Source: Callorhinchus milii (taxonomy: Eukaryota). From it: 64,000 nt of DNA. Each line of letters opens with the position of its first letter. The stretch's first letter is position 1. Shown one piece after another: positions 1-12,692 of this stretch. The translations under genes were made by a program, and so were the position numbers. Under the pieces are notes generated by a model. That model had not been told where the DNA came from and did no database searches. It worked only from the letters and a program-made list of their open reading frames with translations. The stretch covers positions 94,428,001-94,492,000 of the forward strand of contig NW_024704743.1 in assembly GCF_018977255.1 (NCBI RefSeq). Reading direction: 5' to 3'.

Positions 1-1259
1 TGCGTTGATAGCTCTTATAATATTGAAACATCTGAAAGCATTCAATAGATAATTGCTGTCGAGTGACTGTGTACTGGTAGGCATTGATCACTGATGCTGA
101 TGACCCGTTTAACAGGCAGGAAGGTACTGCGTAAGTGGCAGCCGCTGACCACAGGACTGTCATTGCCGTCCTGACGGTTCGTGTACCATCTCGTACACGT
201 ACGTGGGATAGGCCAATATCACCCATCCAACCCATACCAGGTGTGAACCCTCCTGAAAACCAGAATAAGTTCTTCCTGAAGATGACGCTAGAATCATAAC
301 TGAATTCAAAGCAAAACGGATGCTGAAAGACTGCTGACACACCAAGAAGGCAGGTGGACAAATCCACCTAATTGCTTAGTCCTGGACTTATCCCCCACAC
401 CTATATCATCCCTCACCCATATCCCCCTCACTTGTATGCCCCTCACCCATATCATCCCTCAGCCACCTTTCCTTCAATAGTTCCCATCTCTCTTCAATGA
501 TAGCAAGATCCCAATGCAGGGAAAACTATATCTCTTACAAGTTGAATAATGCAGGCTGAAGGAAACCCTCCGCTGCATGCTCAGGAGCTGTGGAACCATG
601 CAGAACCATTCTGGCATATATCTTATACAACACAAGTTTTCCCTGCATTGGGATAATATGGGTGTGGGGGATATGGGTGAGGGAGATATGGATGAGGGAT
701 GATATGGGTGAGGGGTATGTAGATGAGGGGGATATGGGTCAGGGAGAATATGGTGAGGGGAATACGGATGAGGGAGGATGTGGTGGGGGGGGGGTATGGG
801 TGAGGGGATACAGATGAGAGAGAATATGGATGAAGGAAGAGGCAGGTGAGAGGAAGACGGCATTATTGTTCCACGTGTTAACAAAATGTTATGTTATGGG
901 CAGGATTCTTTAAGTGAAGTGTATTTAGTGGCATGATGCTACTGTATATGAAAAAACAAGAATTTCAGGACACCCTACCAGAGAGAGAAAGGGACCATAA
1001 TAATAGTTACTGATGTGTATGCAGCTGGGCAATATAGCAGTTCTCTCTCATCACTGAAAATACAGCATCATATGGTCAGCCACAGGATTGACGCTAACAG
1101 CATCATCTTGGTGGCATATGTAAGACCACCCTAGGTGGCAGCAAAGCTATGTAGCAACTTAGCAGGTTCACTTGCAACCAACCAAAACCGAATCAAACTA
1201 ATGTGCAGATTCATCTCCATGTGACAACATTCACAAAAAAAAGGTTAAGGATTTTTTTC
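1..1259 (-). pseudogene. Dynein HC pseudo-exons, AAA3 (~1000-1259, ~470-650, 1-345)
   Basis: GKKSL after the acceptor; VSFSLHYST..LLSLKRDGNY ~ LNFSAQTSS..KLERKRKNIL; SGFQEGSHLVW ~ GGFYDRNKLFW. Confidence 0.55.
388..830. repeat. Two inverted arrays of a ~13-15 bp minisatellite (CCCCTCACCCATAT / ATATGGGTGAGGGG)
   Basis: 388-465 C-rich units and 650-830 G-rich units are reverse complements of each other. Confidence 0.8.
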
Positions 1260-1338
1260 CTACAGGCTTTAATCACTGTTTTAAGGGGTGGATGGGGGGA
1301 GAAGGGGTGACCAGTCAGCTGGTTGTGCGGTCTCTTAC

Positions 1339-2570
1339 ATCGCCCCCCACCCCCCACCCTGTGGTGCCACAAATGGCATGTTCATCCAATGTAACCCCAC
1401 GTGGAATAAGTGTCTCTGCAATACATTGTAAGAAATTGCTGCATTTGCACTGCATATCTTGGTGGCAAATTGGCACAGATTTGGCAGCCACTCAGCGGAA
1501 AATGTGGAGTACAAAGCATTACTGTGCTGCAGCTAGACTTCCTGGCAAACACCTGGAGTAGGTGTTTTTTGTCAGAAATGTGAGTCCACGCAGTGTAAAT
1601 CCGATGGGTGCACATCACACCAGATTGCGCACGTGCAATATGCAGAATGCCAAAGTCAAGTGCTTCTGTTTTTCCTGGCTCCCATGTCAAAATAATGTGG
1701 AGCAGAATGTACATCCCTGACAAAAGTGCAGACTTTCAACTGTCAGTACTTCAGGGACTCCCAATGCAAAAGGCTCCATATAAATGTCATTTGTTGATGA
1801 TGTAATGGGAATGCTGCATGTAGCAAAATGTAACGTCAGAACCTCGCCATAACATTGCTTCTGTGCTTAGCCAAATCTGTCTCTAGGCGTCACTGCCTTT
1901 AAAAAATCTGCACTCCTCAGCTGGATTTGATGAATTTACCACAGTCAGTTTGCTCGTCTCAGAAACTGCCATTATTGAAGGTGTCTTCACGCTGGCTGCA
2001 AACTGTGTACAAGTTTCAGCAGTGTCACACCAGGGCGACTCCAGATATGGTGGTTCAGACTCAAGAGGATGTCAGACCTTCACCTCCCATAAACAATACA
2101 TCTTTCCAAGCAGCAGCAGCAGCGTACAGTTGCTCACGTACCTGGAAGAGGCATCAAGGCAGTTGAATCTATTATTTAATAACATGACATGTGGTTCTTA
2201 GAAAACGTTTGGATACTGTTCCAAGTGACAGCTTTACTGGGTCAGAAGTGGCAGCGGATTGGCAAAATGCTCTCTAGCAAAATGAGGCATGTGATGGCTG
2301 TTGAAGGGCAGGGATAGGGAAGAAATAAGCAGAGAGGTAGAATTGGAGTCAAAGATAATTTTGTAGAATGGAATATCTTCCTTGCATTGTTAGATAATTT
2401 GTTTTCACTCCCTCTGCCTGTGGTTATGTACCTACAGTAACTGGAACGGGTTTCCTCCTCCTATGGCCAGTTGCCTTTGAATTACATTTTTAGCTCTTTC
2501 TCTGATCTAGATGGACGAACAGTACAAGCCTGTTTATGAAAACTGCTGCCAAGAAGGGAGAACCTTCAGG
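1339..2570 (-). pseudogene. Dynein HC pseudo-exons, AAA2 lid to AAA3 P-loop
   Basis: PSWQQFS*TGL ~ LKWMPYVKTWM; MTFIWSL..KVCTFVRD ~ FCYLWSL..FDTFIR; ISYNVLQRHLFHVG..FVAPQGGG ~ VRYGYLMEKLLAV..FTGITGVG; donor gtaaga at 1338. Confidence 0.7.
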
Positions 2571-2668
2571 CTGAACAGATGTCAGTTTTATTTTAACATT
2601 GCTAACAATACATCATTAAAGGGAAGGATGGCATACAGGAAGTACTTTCAATAAAAATGAGTACTAAC

Positions 2669-2922
2669 CTTGTCCATGTACACATAAAAATTTGCATTAA
2701 AAATTTCCTGCCTTTTGGAAGAAACCCTCAGTGTCTTGATCAATTTCCAGTGTCTTGCACACACATCCAAGTTGACATCAAAAACAGTGGATGGGCAATC
2801 CTTCCATCCAGCCATCTCCACTTGAAAAGGTACAATCACTGACCAATTACAATACTCTCCTTTTGCCAGGTATTGTTCATCCAAACGTAATTGCTGAACA
2901 AATTGTAGCAGCATGCATTAAG
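2669..2922 (-). pseudogene. Dynein HC pseudo-exon, AAA2 Walker-B/sensor region
   Basis: ttccattag|...|gttagt; WSVIVPFQVEMAGWKDCPSTVFDVNLDVCARHWKLIK..LRVSS..VYMD ~ WIISDGPVDALWIENMNTVLDDNKMLCLANSERIK..LRVASPATVSRC.MVYMD. Confidence 0.75.
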
Positions 2923-3429
2923 CTAATGGAAATTTCTAATGTGAACTTTTACCCTCAGTAATACAGGTTCCTATTTAGAAATGTGGAATGGGCCAAAAAA
3001 ACATATGTTTTATAACTCCTTATCATATCAAACCATTTGAAAGGGTTTAACTGTAGTGATGTTTTTCTTTAGGCAAATGCAGTAGCACAGAAAAAGGTCC
3101 CACAGGTAATGTGAAGTCAATGATAAATATATCTGAAGGACTGCTGACCAGAATATCAGGGAAACTCCCTTCTCTTCTGATATAGTGTATGTGAACATTA
3201 ACATCTATCTGAACAGATAGACATGATCTTGATTTAGTGACTCATCCAAAGAATGGCATCTCCAACGCTTCTCTACTGCTGCACTGGGGTGTGTTCTTGG
3301 ACTATGAACTCAGGTTCCCAACCCTTCCTGCTTTCAGATATTGATTATCATCTGTATAAAGAAAAAGTTTCCAAGTGTCTCTCCTAAAATTACCCTTCAT
3401 TTTTATCCCATCCTATCCTATCCTAACCT

Positions 3430-4040
3430 ATATTTGACATTGATTACACAACATACTGCAATCTTGGGTGTCTCTTCTGCCCCTGTTCCTACAGTAAGGA
3501 ACCTCCAAGACTGAACCATCTGGAAGAACATATGAACATTGACAAAAATGGAAACTCTGTAATCCGAGGAAGCTTGGACAGAGGCTAGTGCCAAAGGTTA
3601 CTATGCCAGAATTACTGGAGTTCCAGCAATCATCTGTAAGCTTTTGTTAGATGTGTGAATGGGACACAAGCATCACAGCAGTTGCTTGTGCCATTCCACT
3701 TCCATTATGTGCAATGGCAACAGAGAGGTTGTGTTGACATACTATTTACCATAAAATCATTCTAAAAAGGTCATATTCAGAGAACAATTTCACTGGCACT
3801 AGAGCTAATGCTGTTGCTCCAAGCACTAATCCTGCCATTGATTTTCTAGCTGACTGAATCTCTTGAAGCACTCACCTGGGATCAAAACTTGGGACACATC
3901 AAGTCACAGTTATCCACTGAACCAATGGACTAAACTTAACCCTAAGAATGATAACTGGTGCTCCATTTAGACCTAGACTTGTCCTTCACATTGCGTTTGA
4001 TGCACAAACACAACTGAATGGCCTCATGACAATAATGTCC
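3430..4040 (-). pseudogene. Dynein HC pseudo-exon(s), AAA2 (FDP..EW.DG region plus insertion)
   Basis: Fragments SFDP and ENQWQD* ~ YGxFDP..EWKDG; boundaries uncertain. Confidence 0.4.
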
Positions 4041-5582
4041 GACTTCGTTTCATTCATCAAGAGGATACAGAATGAAGCAAAATTGAATTAAATATGCTGT
4101 GTAATTATACAACTATAAAATGCACGCTCTCTCTATTGAATTTTCATTGCTATTTTCTATATATGTTTCCGAGTACAAACTGCTGCCTCTCATCAGTCCT
4201 TTTAATGGGTTTTAAGTTAAATGACACAGAATAGCTTTTTATATTTAGCAAAGGCATTTTCAGTACACAGGGACTAACCATGATCAAGTGTACGTATGTT
4301 GCGGCCTTTTGCACTACTTTCAAAAAGCCACTCGTGTACAGCTGAAAGACTCATCTCACTCTGATATGCATTTGTTGCTACTGGCATTTGCAATTAAGTA
4401 AGAGATGGAGCTAAATATAATGGAGGAGTGCACCTGCTCGCTCTTCCCAAAGATAAGGCAATGAGGCAAAGACATTCAAGAAGGGAAGGGTTGAATAATT
4501 TATGTCTCTAACAAGAGACAATTCAGCAGCTGTCATATAGCATATATAGCTAAAAGCTTAATTTCAAAACACATTTTTAAAACATTCATTTTGAATCATA
4601 CAGGTGGTTGCTGGAAAGTTGTGCAACTAAGATGTGAAATACTGAAAATATTTTGAAGGCAGATTTAGAGGCTGATACTTCAATATTAAATTATAGTTCT
4701 TTAGTGTCTGGTTTTCCAAGTGGATGTTAAAAGGTGCCATGGTACTGTTCGAAAAGAGAAGGGAATTTCTTCTGATGGCTGGTCTTACAATCCCTCAGAT
4801 TAAAACAAGTACCATGGCATATTTTAACATCCACTGGTCAGTTGCTTCATGGCTGTTTGTAAGCAATTTCTGTGCACAAATTGGCTGCTTGTTTACCTAC
4901 AGTCACTACACTTTACAGAAAACTCTGAAGGACTTTGAGACATTCTGATGTGATAAGGTGCTATAGCAAAAGGATTATTATTATTATCATTATAAGTGAC
5001 AAACAATCTCGGAAGAGAAAAGGCTATGCACATTCACTTCTGTCAGAATTCTTTTGCTTCTTTTTAAATAAAAAGCACATTGTCCCTTTCCCAGTCCTGT
5101 TCTGCTCAACTTCAGATTGAAGTTTCTCAATTCAAACCATCTAAAACAGATTTTTTTTCAGACTCATAGGCCAGATACATGAAACAGTAATAAATCAATG
5201 TGTTTCTGCCACAGAATTTAAAAGTTGTCAATTGAAACAATGCCAGGTACACAGCAGCACAATTTTCTAGTGGAGGGGTAACCTTATGAAAAATTAATTT
5301 GAAAAGGTCAATAAGCCTTTCTTAAGTTCGAGAACTAAAACCCCACAATTGTAAAGAAGTGCAACCTTTATGTAGTTGTGTCAATTTTTAAAAAAGGGTT
5401 ATGAGGAAGCTATTCAGTGTTACAAAGCTATTGCACCAATCTGTTCAGTTATATTACTTCTCTTTTAATTCCCTAGCTTTTTGTGTTTCAGCACCTTGGG
5501 ACGTCCTCCTGACGTGAAAAGCACTATGCAAATGTAATTTGTTGCTGTTGTATAACCCTTAATGGATCCAGAATATATCCAC

Positions 5583-5766
5583 CTTCCTGTTCAGCATCTT
5601 CACCTTTTGGGGTAGTGCATTCTTCATTCTCACAATTCTTTGTGCCTTTGGATTTCACTTCTAATTTGCCTTGCTCCAATTTTATGACATGCTGTCTTGT
5701 TATAGATCCTTCTCCCATCATGAGCAGTTTATGCATCTTGTCAAATTGTCATTTTAAGCCCTTCAG
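5583..5766 (-). pseudogene. Probable pseudo-exon, charged insertion in AAA2
   Basis: gatctag acceptor; ORF 5524-5736 KLEQGKLEVKSKGTKNCENEE; collinear position. Confidence 0.35.
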
Positions 5767-5994
5767 CTAGATCAACATGTAACATGTAATCTCATGTCTA
5801 GGAATATAATCCAAGTGGACCCAATATCTAATTGTAGCTAAGACCCTTCAAATCTGTTCCCATGTTTCCAAAGGAAGAATTTTGTGCTGCTTAATGCTTT
5901 GGACGTATTACTATGTTTCTTATTTATATTTCAGTTTCAACTTAAGACAGGACTTTTCAGTTTGTTTCAGCTCACTTCCTCCTCCAACATGCTT

Positions 5995-6133
5995 CAGTTC
6001 TGACAAAGGGTCGTGGACCCAAAATGTTGACTCACTTTCCTTTCTCCATAGATGCTGCCTGACCTGCTGAGTATTCCCAGCGACTTCTGTTTTTGTTTCA
6101 GATTTCTAGCATCTGCAGTGTTTTGTGTTTTGG
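5995..6133 (+). mobile_element. Penelope-like element terminal (pLTR) remnant with decayed hammerhead motif
   Basis: ctgacaa-agggtc-gtg-gaccc-aaaa-tgttgactc..gatgctgcctgacctgctgag; also at 7135-7237, 23731-23908 and 37761-37924. Confidence 0.7.
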
Positions 6134-6252
6134 CGTCCTCCATAGCTGTGTTTGCAGATTCATTTTTAATGTATTCCATCAGCCCCCACCCACATCAAAA
6201 AAAACTCCAAAAAAACTCTGAATACAGCTGCTGGAATGCTCAAAAATCTTAC

Positions 6253-6492
6253 TGAGCTTCTCTCTGCCCCTAACCTGCAGTTGTTTTTGGACTGATTTAG
6301 CCAGAATTCTCAGTCTAACAGCTAGAGCCAGGAAGTAATAGGTGCTAAAGTACACCTACATTATTAACAACCTCAGCACCAGCCCAACCCATGGTAAACA
6401 CAGACATTTCTGTAAAACATGGATAGTGTCTGCAACTTCTTGATATCCAGTGTTTATTGTCAGACAATCCCAAGAACCATTATCAAACTGAA
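6253..6492 (-). pseudogene. Dynein HC pseudo-exon, AAA2 P-loop region
   Basis: gtatttag|...|gtaaga; IKKLQTLSMFYRNVCVYHG ~ VRKVIQFYETMLVRHG; LRILAKSVQKQL ~ YRILAETLGNL. Confidence 0.7.
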
Positions 6493-6813
6493 CTAAATAC
6501 ACACAAGTACCAGGATTCTTAGATTATAGAGTAGCACATCTCTATGTGGTGGAATCTGTGTGTGTATATATATTTGTATTCTTTACAATATGACTGCCAG
6601 GCTACCAGTCTCAAGAAATATGAACATTGCTCCTACAGCTGTTTTCTTTGAATTAAAGTCAAGGAGTGGAATGGTCCATGGGTCAAATTAGCACACACTA
6701 ATGAAGAAATGTCCATATGTGAAATATACAACTCAAGGTCTTTTGTTTGTTTATGTGGGGAGAAGCAATTAATGTTAAGGTGAGGGAGTAGATTTCCAAT
6801 TCAATCAGTCTTA

Positions 6814-7427
6814 CTGCAAGCCTTATTGTTATCCAATTCCCTGTTGTTATGGAATCGGCTTCAACAGCCATAGGTGGTAAAGTGAGACATCAGAGAGCTA
6901 CAATTGGACTTCTATGCCAGCTTAAGACATACCTTCAAGAGAGAAGGGAAGAACAGAGAACAGTTGAGAGGATTAAAAAACTTCAGAAACATGAATTACA
7001 ATCTCTTTGCATCTTTGACACCTCTTTAACCCATCATCCCCTGTCCTCTACCCCATTTTCTCCTTTCTCTTCAATGTCCTGCCTCCCTGATCTCTATTAG
7101 TTCTTAAAAGTCTCTCCCTCCCAACATGACCCAGTTCCGATGAAGGGTTGTGGAACTGAAACGTTGACTCAATTTCCTTTCTCCATGGATGCTGCCTGAC
7201 CTGCTGAGTGTTCCCAGTGACTTCTGTTTTTGTTTCACAATTCCTTTGGGTTTGACTTATTAAGTCTTAAACCAAGGAACTGAAGTAAATCTTTTTTATG
7301 TCAGTGTCTATTTCCATAAACTTACTTTGCAATCTTTACATCCACAGGGAACTGCTTCCATTATCACAGCCAATGTTCTCTCGATGCCTGGTCCTGTGCA
7401 GCCTTCCACACTACAGTTCATAAAGAA
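6814..7427 (-). pseudogene. Two exon-like blocks (7326-7427; 6814-6932), probable insertions between AAA1 and AAA2
   Basis: Canonical sites ttctgcag|..|gtaagt and ctcttgaag|..|gtaaga; no motif match. Confidence 0.4.
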
Positions 7428-8211
7428 CTGCAGAAGAAATGATTACATATGGAACATTTGCAGTAACTAATGGTTAAAATACCAACAGATCCAAAAGAAT
7501 TTGAAACATGCTAACAACATTCAAAGAAGAATTTAACGGCAATCCTTAAAGTAATGTGTTAACTGCAGGCAAACTAATAACCATCAGTTCAAAACAAACC
7601 CATATATAATAATATACTATAGATCTCTTGTAGTTCACACACACTATCAATTACTGTGCCAAAGACCTCTATTAAGGTGTTAATAAAGATAAATATAACA
7701 AAATTGGAAGGACAACATCTGAAATAGTTCCATTCAGCTTTATATAAAAATGACACAAGTACTTCTGCCCGAGACAGACAAAGTTACTATATTGACAGGA
7801 TATGTAGCAAAAGAAAGAATCTCCATTTTTATAATGTCTTACCATAAAGACAAGGACCTTAAGGTTGATCCGCTGAAGAACTGGGAGCCAGCAGAGCTGA
7901 CATAATCCAGACTGACACTCCATTGTAGTGTTGGGGAGAAGGGGGTATTGAATTGTTGGAGGTGTCATCCTTTTGATGAAATGTTAAACTGAGGTCTCCT
8001 CTGTGTTTGTTCAAGTGGATGTTAATGATTCTGTGTCACTACTCAAAAAGAAAACATTTTCTCCTGGTATTCTGGCCAACAATCCCCCAGATAACATTGG
8101 TCAATTGTTTCATAGCTGTTTGTGAAATATTGCTGTGTGCAAATGGCTGTCATGTTTGCCTACAAATACAAAATCACTCAATTTCACAGTAAATCCTGTG
8201 GAGTGGACTCC

Positions 8212-8588
8212 TGTGGAGTCCTGTAGCACAGTGGTTAGAGCACTCAGCTCACAAGTGAGAGGACCTGGGTTCATTTCCTGGCAGGGCAAAACATTGGGCA
8301 AGTTTCCTAAACTCCACACGCTTCTGTTTATCTAGCAGTAAGTAGGAACCCGGTTGTTAGTCGATTACCAGATCGCTTTTCTGGGGGTAATAATTCCTTC
8401 AAAATAAATAAAAATAATTTGGTCACTTCAATCCACGACTGTTTGTGGGAATCTGCTGTACGCAATTGGCTGCCGCGTTTCACCCACAAAATATACAGTC
8501 AATTCACTTTACAGCATATTCTGTGAAGCACTTTGAGACGTCTAGAAGACATGATAAGGCGCTATATCAAATGCAAGGATTATTATTA
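8212..8588 (+). mobile_element. tRNA-Ala-derived SINE, long subfamily
   Basis: A/B-box head, central gtttatctagcagtaagtaggaacccgg segment, L2-like 3' end and (TTA)n tail. Confidence 0.9.
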
Positions 8589-8876
8589 CATAAGTGCTTT
8601 GAAGCACAAAACCAATTGCAAAGATTATTATTGATTTTTTTAACATCTACCTGAACAGGCAGATGGGACCTTAGTTTGACATCTCATCTGAAGGACAGTA
8701 CCTCAAACAACACTGCGCTCCCCCAACACTACACTGTCAGTCTAGGCAATGTGAGTTTCAAAGTTCAGAAGCAACTGAACCGGGTTGAATTAAAATCCAG
8801 GAATTTTTTCGCTTCCTTCCTCCACTTCCTGGAACAGAATTGGCCACCTCTGTAGTGACTCTATTCAGCAACTCAC

Positions 8877-9071
8877 TGAACAAATGCTCAAATGCTCCTA
8901 TCACTTAAGCCAATTGATCATAAATTCATAAAGGTAACCACAGATTCTAATAATACTCTATCATTGATTTCAAACTCAATAGGTCAAGACCAAATCTGCA
9001 GTATTAAATATAGAATAATGGATAGCAGGGAACATGACTGGAATTCATTTGAGCTCAGAGGGCATCATACG
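8877..9071 (-). pseudogene. Dynein HC pseudo-exon, AAA1-AAA2 junction
   Basis: IILYLILQIWS*PIEFEINDRVLLESVVTFMN ~ LFSGIISDLFPGVQIPEHDYGILQSTIVDVMN. Confidence 0.55.
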
Positions 9072-9134
9072 CTCAAAACAGCAAAACTCAAGCATTTAAT
9101 ATCTGTCATCTAATTCCTGAGATCAGATTACTAC

Positions 9135-9713
9135 CTTGAATCATTGCCCTTCCGCTAGTTTATATGGAGTAATCTGTAGAGTTTTGCTTGACGTTGTTTC
9201 AGTGCTTAATCTAATCATTGTGAAGTTGGGTCCTGTAAATGGACAGTGTGAGAGACAATCGGTGCCCAGTTTATATGCACTCGGCTTTTCACATCAATTC
9301 AGCACCAGCTTCAATCGACTAGAGAAACAAAAATGCCAATCAGCTCTGACGGGTGCGGTCACAAAGTGATTTATGGGAATTCAAGTGCAAATGCAGGTAT
9401 GAGTTGATTTACTGCTCAGAAAGGTGCCTTGAAATTCACTATTATTTCAAGTTTCATGCTTAGGGACTAGGACTGTCCAATAACATTAAAAAAATGAATC
9501 AATTATGCACATGCATTGAGCTGTGCATGTACAGCGACCACACCCTTTAACTCTGAATGCTTTAACTTTGAGAACAAGTATAAACTGGGTGTATGATGAG
9601 GATGCAGGTTTCATTTTGTTCAAAACTACAAAAAGCCCTTTTATTAGATTCTTGTGGGTAAAATTATATTTTCCTCTTTGACAACAGTAATTAATTATAG
9701 ATTTTTTAAAAAT
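9135..9713 (-). pseudogene. Dynein HC pseudo-exons, AAA1 C-terminal half/lid (9544-9713; 9135-9472)
   Basis: NLIKGLFVVLNKMKP..QFIL ~ NLKSLFRPVAMMVP..EIIL; S*SLSMKL ~ SANSLSGKL; WHFCFSSRLKLVL ~ HYNFGLRSLKIVL. Confidence 0.7.
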
Positions 9714-9800
9714 CTGTAACAGAGGGAAATCGACAAACTCAAACTAAACGATTTTTATATTTATAAAAGATAATAAATATCTAGTTTGGTATAATATTAC

Positions 9801-9988
9801 CTGAGTTTCCAAAACTTCTGAAACATCATCTTGTCTTCTCCTTGGACACTCTTCAGCTATTTATTAGATTTTAACAACCTCAAACCTCTGCTGTCTTCTC
9901 CATTCTGCAACATCTCTAGCTTTTGCCCACAAAGTATTCACTTTTTCCTCTGCTGTCTCATGTACCCTTATCTAAGTCTTTCTTATAC
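9801..9988 (-). pseudogene. Pseudo-exon, charged insertion within AAA1
   Basis: tttgtag|...|gtaat; IRVHETAEEKVNTLWAKARDVAEWRRQQRFEVVKI**IAEE..EVLETQ. Confidence 0.5.
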
Positions 9989-10019
9989 CTACAAATTTGA
10001 CTGATATTAGCTTTATACC

Positions 10020-11101
10020 ACCTTTAGCATCCTATTTTAGCATTTCACAATCTATTAATGATAGACACAATATCTTTCTTTGCATTGAGTCCACGCAGTA
10101 ACATAGTAACAGTTTCAGGCAGAAATTCATCATTGGTTTATCTCACTACTGATCCAATTTCCCAAAAGTCTCTTTTAACACAACTATCTGATTACAAGCT
10201 GCACACTGAGGCATTGCGCTCACAGTCTGGCAAGGCACTAAGTAAGTATCAGCTTTCAAATTCTCCAAACATATTGCTGTATTGCTCAGGTGTCTCAAAT
10301 CACACCGCTTTTGGAGAAATGTATACATTACAGCATGACATTGTTATTGCATGACTGTCAGGATTCAATATCTCAGCAGCAACATTTTAAATGAAGCACA
10401 AAAAAGTCTGACTTCCAGATCATCAGATTGATGTTGATGAAGCTTCCTGCGAATGTGTGCAACAAGTGATGACCAGAATTATGACCAGAAATTGACGTTT
10501 TTCAGAGCGGGATCCAGCTCTGGAAGCTGGGTTTACCACACAACCGGGTGGCATGGGTCCACAAGACACCAGCGTGATAATCAAAGCCATGCTAAAATGA
10601 GAGGCATAACAGGGTTGCCCTCTTGTAAGCACAAGTGAAACTGCTACATTGCTAATGTGCATATGTTGGGGGAGAAATGAATAGGTTAAGCATGAGGGAC
10701 TCAGCTTATCAAGGTGGCAACATGTTGCCGCTGTATTCAAAGTGTCATGTCAACACTTTTTACTGCAGCAGGAGAGCAGAGTCAGGCCCATCTGCAAAAA
10801 GGCTTTCAGAACCATGGTTTTCCAATACCTGTATGTTTGATCAACTAAAACACCACACATTTACTGGCCAAACTATGAGTCCATTTGGTTCCATGATGTG
10901 CCCGTGAAGGGGAGAATTAGATGGTGAACATCACAAACAGAATTTTAGGCTTGCCAGAATATTAAAGAGCTCAAACCAATGACATGAAGTCTCGGTACAG
11001 AAGGGATCCAGCGGCATCATGCGTTGGCTATTCAGTGTTCACCTTATATTGTAATTAAGCCCAAAGGATCTGCCAAGTTTCATTGCAAATCACAGAAATT
11101 C
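10020..11101 (-). pseudogene. Dynein HC pseudo-exon(s), AAA1 N-terminal half
   Basis: tactctcag acceptor; WA*LQYKVN ~ WTRHLQYKWN; LT*HFEYSG..LFISPPT ~ FTYGYEYLG..LVITPLT; DCERNAS..EIGSVVR*TNDEFLPETVTMLLRGL matches the NC..D..SGAW..FDEFN region weakly; many stops. Confidence 0.6.
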
Positions 11102-11407
11102 CTGAGAGTAAAAAAGATGGCAGCAAAATTCTGGATTTATTGTATACAGTGGAGTCAGTGTTAGACAGAGATAATTTGGCTTTTGTAAGGAAAGAGACAT
11201 TTACTCAAAAGGTCTCAAAGATGACAACACACAACTTATTCCCAAATATTTTCAGTAAATACCAGAACTACTTTTCTCTAACCAACTTATACTATACTAT
11301 ACTATACTTATACTATATTTCAAATCCTTCTTCTCTTGCTTACTCACTTAGTCTGCAACCAAATGCTTATCAGAAAATAAGCACCATTTGTCAGATAATC
11401 AAATATA

Positions 11408-11795
11408 ACAACAACAATTGCAGTTATATAGCACCCTTCACATGGGGTAGCGTCTCAGAGCACTTGACAGTGGCGGAGTCTGACAACGAGCCAGTGGAAT
11501 ATGGAGGCGGGAAGTGACTGTAAGCATGATTAAAAAGGAAGGTCTTTAGGTGGTATTTGAAAGTGGTGAGGGAGGAGGCAGAGTGGAGGGATTGAGGCAC
11601 AGTTTCAGAGCTTAGTAGCTGAAGGCACAGCCACCAATAGTGAAGTGGAGGGGATGAGAGACAAACAGGAGGCTGGAGCCAGCCGAGCAGAGGCAGTGGA
11701 TGGTGGAGTGGGGGCTAACCAGATCGGATAGGGTAGGGAGGTGCCAGGGCATGAAGGGATTTGAAAATGATTGAGAGGATCTTAAAATCCATTTG
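11408..11795 (-). mobile_element. L2 LINE 3' end
   Basis: (CAA)n tail on + strand; peptide PSCPGTSLPYL..HSTIGGCAFSY-like C-terminal L2 ORF2. Confidence 0.8.
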
Positions 11796-11905
11796 CATTT
11801 ATATAGCACCCTTCACTTGGTGCAGCATCTCGCAAAATAAAATCACATAACCATTGACCTTTATTGCAATGCAACACCAAAAAGAAAAGGTCTTTTTCTT
11901 TTCAG

Positions 11906-12370
11906 TGTCCTATGACGTAGTGGTTAGAGCACTTGCCTCACAAACGAGAAGACCCGGGTTCTATTCCCTTGGTAGGGCGAAACCTTAGGTGTTTCCTTAC
12001 TCCACACGCCTCTGTTTACCTAGCACTAAGTAGGATCCCGGTTGTTAGTCGATTAGCGGATTGCTTTCTGGGGTTAATAATCTCTTCAATAATAATAATA
12101 ATTTGGTCACTCAATCCATGACTGTTTGTGGGACACTTCTGAGTGTAATTGGCTGCCACGTTTCGCCCACAAAATATAGAATCAATTCACTTTAATAAAT
12201 TGGTTAATTCAATCCACGACTGTTTGTGGGATACTGCTGTGCGCAATTTTGGCTATCACAGTTCGCCCACAAATATACAGTCAATTCATTTTACAGTATA
12301 TTCTGTGAAGCACTTTGAGACATCTCAACGTTGTGATAAGGCGTTATCAAATGCAAGGATTATTATTATT
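11906..12370 (+). mobile_element. tRNA-derived SINE, long subfamily, with internal duplication
   Basis: Same family; the tcaatccacgactgtttgtggg..caattcac block occurs twice. Confidence 0.85.
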
Positions 12371-12692
12371 TTGGTAGCGAGAACAAAAAAAAGGACTAGT
12401 TACAGTCAATAATGCAACTAAAATTTGCAGTGACTGCAAAGCAGAGAAGCATAGATACCCAATTTATGGTTAAATGAAAAAATGTTCTCAAAAAGCAACA
12501 CTGTCTAAACATGTTCAAATTTACAATAAATTTAGTCAGTATATCATTTGAATTTGCTCGGCAGAAATGATTAATACAACAACAACTTGCATTTATATAG
12601 TGTCCTTCACGTGGGGCAGCATCTCGCAAAATAAAGCAATTAAGAAAGAGAAAAGGAAATGGAGGAAAAAATAGGAAGTAGACGTTTTCTGA

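Noticed and set aside
474..884. Pro/His-rich 136 aa ORF
   Set aside because: Mostly translation of the minisatellite; only the C-terminal part overlaps a dynein pseudo-exon.
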